Shown here: positions 53,657-56,298 of the stretch, piece after piece
How positions within the stretch are numbered: the first letter of the stretch is position 1
How the letters are laid out: every line of letters begins with the position of its first letter
Origin: an uncultured Ruminococcus sp.
GTDB taxonomy: Bacteria; Bacillota; Clostridia; RUG12999
DNA length: 56,298 bases
Direction: 5' to 3'
Assembly (NCBI GenBank): GCA_902784805.1
Contig: CACZWD010000014.1
Span: 1 to 56,298 of the forward strand
Notes under the pieces: generated by a model
Databases searched by the model: none
Seen by the model: the letters and a program-made list of their open reading frames with translations, nothing else
Told to the model about the DNA's origin: nothing
Position numbers and translations under genes: made by a program

Positions 53657-54562
53657 TTATTTACCTGCCATTTTGGCTACTTCATCGGCAAAATCGTCCT
53701 CTTTCTTTTCAAGACCTTCGCCCTTTTCAAACCTTACATAATCTTTAACGGTAATTGTGCCGCCCATTTCTTTACCCTTCGCGGCAAGCATTTTTGAAAC
53801 GGACATATCCGGGTCTTTGACAAATTCCTGGTCAACAAGGCAGTTTTCTTTGTAATATTTACTTATCCTGCCCATAACCATTTTATCAACAATCGCTTCG
53901 GGCTTGCCCTCATTAAGAGCCTGAACTTTTAAAATTTCCTTTTCTTTTTCAATAACATCCGCCGGAACAGCGTCTTTATCAAGATAAGCGGGAGCCGCAG
54001 CCGCAATCTGAAGCGCTACGTCCTTTGCGGTTTCCGCAAAAGCGGGGTTATCCGCAACATCTGTATCAAACAATGCCACAACGCCAATTCGTCCGCCGCC
54101 GTGAATATAAGTAACAACAGTTCCTTCAAATCTCGCGAAACGACGAATATTCATATTTTCGCCGATTGTAAGAATTTTATCTCTGAGTGCTTCCTCTACA
54201 TTCATACCCGTATCATAAGGCTTTGTTTTAAGATCCTCAACATCTGCCGGGTTTGTATCAGCAACAATTTTCGCGATGTTTTTAACAAAAGACTGAAAAT
54301 CCGCGTTTTTCGCAACAAAATCTGTTTCACTGTTTACTTCAACAAGAGAAGCAATTTTTCCGTCTTCCGAAACATACGCTTCAACAAGACCTTCCGAAGC
54401 AATCCTGCCTGCTTTCTTCGCTGCTTTCGCAAGACCTTTTTCTCTCAAAAGCTCAACAGCCTTTTCCATATCTCCATCTGCTTCACTAAGGGCTTTTTTA
54501 CAATCCATCATTCCGCAGTTTGTCATTTCTCTAAGCTCTTTAACAGCTTGTGCGGTTATCAT
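53657..54562 (-). CDS. tsf: Elongation factor Ts
   Basis: 301 aa. ITAQAVKELREMTNCGMMDCKKAL... Confidence 0.95.
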   Translation of the reverse strand: MITAQAVKELREMTNCGMMDCKKALSEADGDMEKAVELLREKGLAKAAKKAGRIASEGLVEAYVSEDGKIASLVEVNSETDFVAKNADFQSFVKNIAKIVADTNPADVEDLKTKPYDTGMNVEEALRDKILTIGENMNIRRFARFEGTVVTYIHGGGRIGVVALFDTDVADNPAFAETAKDVALQIAAAAPAYLDKDAVPADVIEKEKEILKVQALNEGKPEAIVDKMVMGRISKYYKENCLVDQEFVKDPDMSVSKMLAAKGKEMGGTITVKDYVRFEKGEGLEKKEDDFADEVAKMAGK

Positions 54563-54596
54563 ATATTATTCCTCCTTAAAAGTTTAAGAAAATAAA

Positions 54597-55331
54597 TTAA
54601 GCTTCTTCCTCAGTTTCTTCGTTATCTTCGGCTTCAACCGGAGCGTCAACGCCCTGTCTGCCTTCAATAACAGCGTCAGCCATAGCGCCCGCAATAAGCT
54701 TAACGGCGCGGATAGCGTCATCGTTACCGGGAATAACATAATCAACTTCATCGGGGTCGCAGTTTGTATCAACTATTGCAACAACCGGAATGTTTAACTT
54801 ATGAGCTTCGGCAATAGCTATTTTTTCTTTTCTCGGGTCAACCACAAAAAGAGCGCCCGGTATGCCTTGAAGATTTCTGATACCGCCAAGGAATTTATCA
54901 AGCTTTTCTTTTTCTATACGAAGTTTGCTTACTTCCTTTTTGGGAAGAAGGTCAAATGTGCCGTCTTCTTCCATTTTTTCAATCTGGTCCATTCTTGCTA
55001 TACGCTTTTTGATGGTTTTAAAGTTTGTAAGCATACCGCCGAGCCAACGGTTATTTACATAGTACATTCCTACTCTTTCGGCTTCTTCCTTAATGGAATC
55101 CTGAGCCTGTTTTTTTGTACCTACAAAAAGAATGTCCTTTCCTTCTGCCGCGATTTCTCTTACAAAATTGTAAGCCTCATCAACCTTTTTAACTGTTTTC
55201 TGAAGGTCAATAATGTAGATACCGTTTCTTTCCGTGAAGATGTATTCCTTCATTTTCGGGTTCCATCTTCTTGTCTGGTGACCGAAATGTACACCGGCCT
55301 CCAGAAGCTGTTTCATTGATATTGCTCCCAT
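54597..55331 (-). CDS. rpsB: 30S ribosomal protein S2
   Basis: I chose the ATG at 55331 (AAGAGGTG RBS), giving [27 protein letters not shown]. The track start at 55418 adds a non-homologous 29 aa. Confidence 0.95.
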   Translation of the reverse strand: MGAISMKQLLEAGVHFGHQTRRWNPKMKEYIFTERNGIYIIDLQKTVKKVDEAYNFVREIAAEGKDILFVGTKKQAQDSIKEEAERVGMYYVNNRWLGGMLTNFKTIKKRIARMDQIEKMEEDGTFDLLPKKEVSKLRIEKEKLDKFLGGIRNLQGIPGALFVVDPRKEKIAIAEAHKLNIPVVAIVDTNCDPDEVDYVIPGNDDAIRAVKLIAGAMADAVIEGRQGVDAPVEAEDNEETEEEA

Positions 55332-55518
55332 TTTTACGCACCTCTTTCGGTTAATTTTCCTCCACCGCCGCCGTATTTTTCCTAAAGCCGTGAGCAAAGG
55401 CACCTGGGAAAAGCGCACAGTGTGTGTATTTTAATACTAAATTTTTTCAAAATTTCTTTAAACAGTCAAAAATTTTTTAAATTTGCCTTGCAACACTTTA
55501 ATATAATAAGTGCCGCTA

Positions 55519-56298
55519 TTAATAAAAATCTGTTGTAAATCTTGGTTTTAAATTAAGTTTGGCGTTTGCCACATACAAAAAATCACTTATCGAAATCAGC
55601 TTTTCAGTAAATGAAACATTATTTGAGGATATAATATCATCACAAATGCCTTTTGAAAAAAGTCTTAGTTCGGGAAAATACGTAAGAAATTTTTTCAAAG
55701 ACACTATTCGTCCCATTGAATTATAAGCGTTACGTGCTATATTTCCGGAAATGTTCTTAAGCGGAAAATCCGGCGGCAAAACCGCCTTAAACGGTAGCTT
55801 AAACATACTCAAAAGCCCCTTTATCGCCTCATTTTCTCCGACGGCTTCCGAACAGTTAATAAGGTTTCCTTCGGTTATGTAAACCACATAGCCCAAAACA
55901 TCACCTTTTTTATTTGCTGCCGTCATACACTCGCAGCCTTCTTCCATATATTCGCTCATTTTAATTTCAAAATAATCTTTTCTTACTGAAACTCCGCTGT
56001 ACCTTGACGCAAATCGTTCATAACAAGCTTTAAGCCTTTCAGCCTCAGACGAAATATCAGCCTTTTCAATTTTAAACGGCATTTCAGTTTTTTCTGTCAC
56101 TTTACCACAGCTTATAATAACCGATTGTGTTAGCGACACGGCACCTATGCACCCATAATAGGCGGGATTTGCCGGAGTAAGCGATATAAGCGGCACGTCA
56201 AGAACATACAAATGATTAAGGTAAAATTCAAAAAGCCTTTTCATTAGCCCTTTGCCACGATATTCAGGCAGCGTTGCGACACCCGAAACAAGTATATT
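55519..56298 (-). CDS. GNAT acetyltransferase with C-terminal SCP2-like domain (Eis-like); N-terminus outside window
   Basis: The frame stays open from 56244 to the window edge. My translation NILVSGVATLPEYRGKGLMKRLFEFYL contains the GNAT motif-A region. Confidence 0.55.
   Translation of the reverse strand, partial: NILVSGVATLPEYRGKGLMKRLFEFYLNHLYVLDVPLISLTPANPAYYGCIGAVSLTQSVIISCGKVTEKTEMPFKIEKADISSEAERLKACYERFASRYSGVSVRKDYFEIKMSEYMEEGCECMTAANKKGDVLGYVVYITEGNLINCSEAVGENEAIKGLLSMFKLPFKAVLPPDFPLKNISGNIARNAYNSMGRIVSLKKFLTYFPELRLFSKGICDDIISSNNVSFTEKLISISDFLYVANAKLNLKPRFTTDFY

Noticed and set aside
1-56298. Search for CRISPR arrays, IS elements/transposases, integrases, prophage or known defence-system genes.
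   Set aside because: I found no spaced direct-repeat arrays and no ORF with recombinase, transposase or phage hallmarks among the translated ORFs.

Overview
This is an AT-rich chromosomal window of Firmicutes/Clostridia type; the gene content looks Ruminococcaceae/Oscillospiraceae-like, but that taxon call is inference. I saw no rRNA, CRISPR array, transposase, integrase or phage genes. The left third (1.4-15.8 kb, all on the minus strand) is a Wzx/Wzy-type cell-surface polysaccharide locus. It contains an initiating phosphoglycosyl transferase, two GT2 and two GT-B-like glycosyltransferases, Wzy, Wzx, two tandem Wzz-like proteins, a TagF-like glycerophosphotransferase, an O-acyltransferase and a VanZ-like protein. 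The locus is bounded downstream by mgtE. Directly upstream, in the same orientation, sits a c-di-GMP module: an HD-GYP phosphodiesterase with a degenerate receiver, and a membrane-sensor GGDEF cyclase split exactly at an A_AAA_AAG slippery heptamer. The rest of the window is mostly housekeeping: ecfA1-ecfA2-ecfT-truA, lon-engB, metY-metA, aroQ-pepP, efp, pth-mfd-prsA, the rpsB-tsf-pyrH-frr-uppS-cdsA-dxr-rseP block, and one tRNA-Gly(GCC). A small accessory-looking stretch (40-45.4 kb) holds an amber-interrupted XRE regulator, a RelQ-type alarmone synthetase, a lipoprotein, an EF-G paralogue lacking the catalytic His, a cytidylate-kinase-like protein, and two GC-rich, highly structured non-coding islands. 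Other oddities are in-frame internal deletions in metY (removing the PLP-lysine segment) and truA, a structured mgtE leader that does not read as an M-box, and long A/T-rich inverted repeats in two intergenic regions. All calls come from reading the sequence and ORF translations by eye; no database search or folding program was run.
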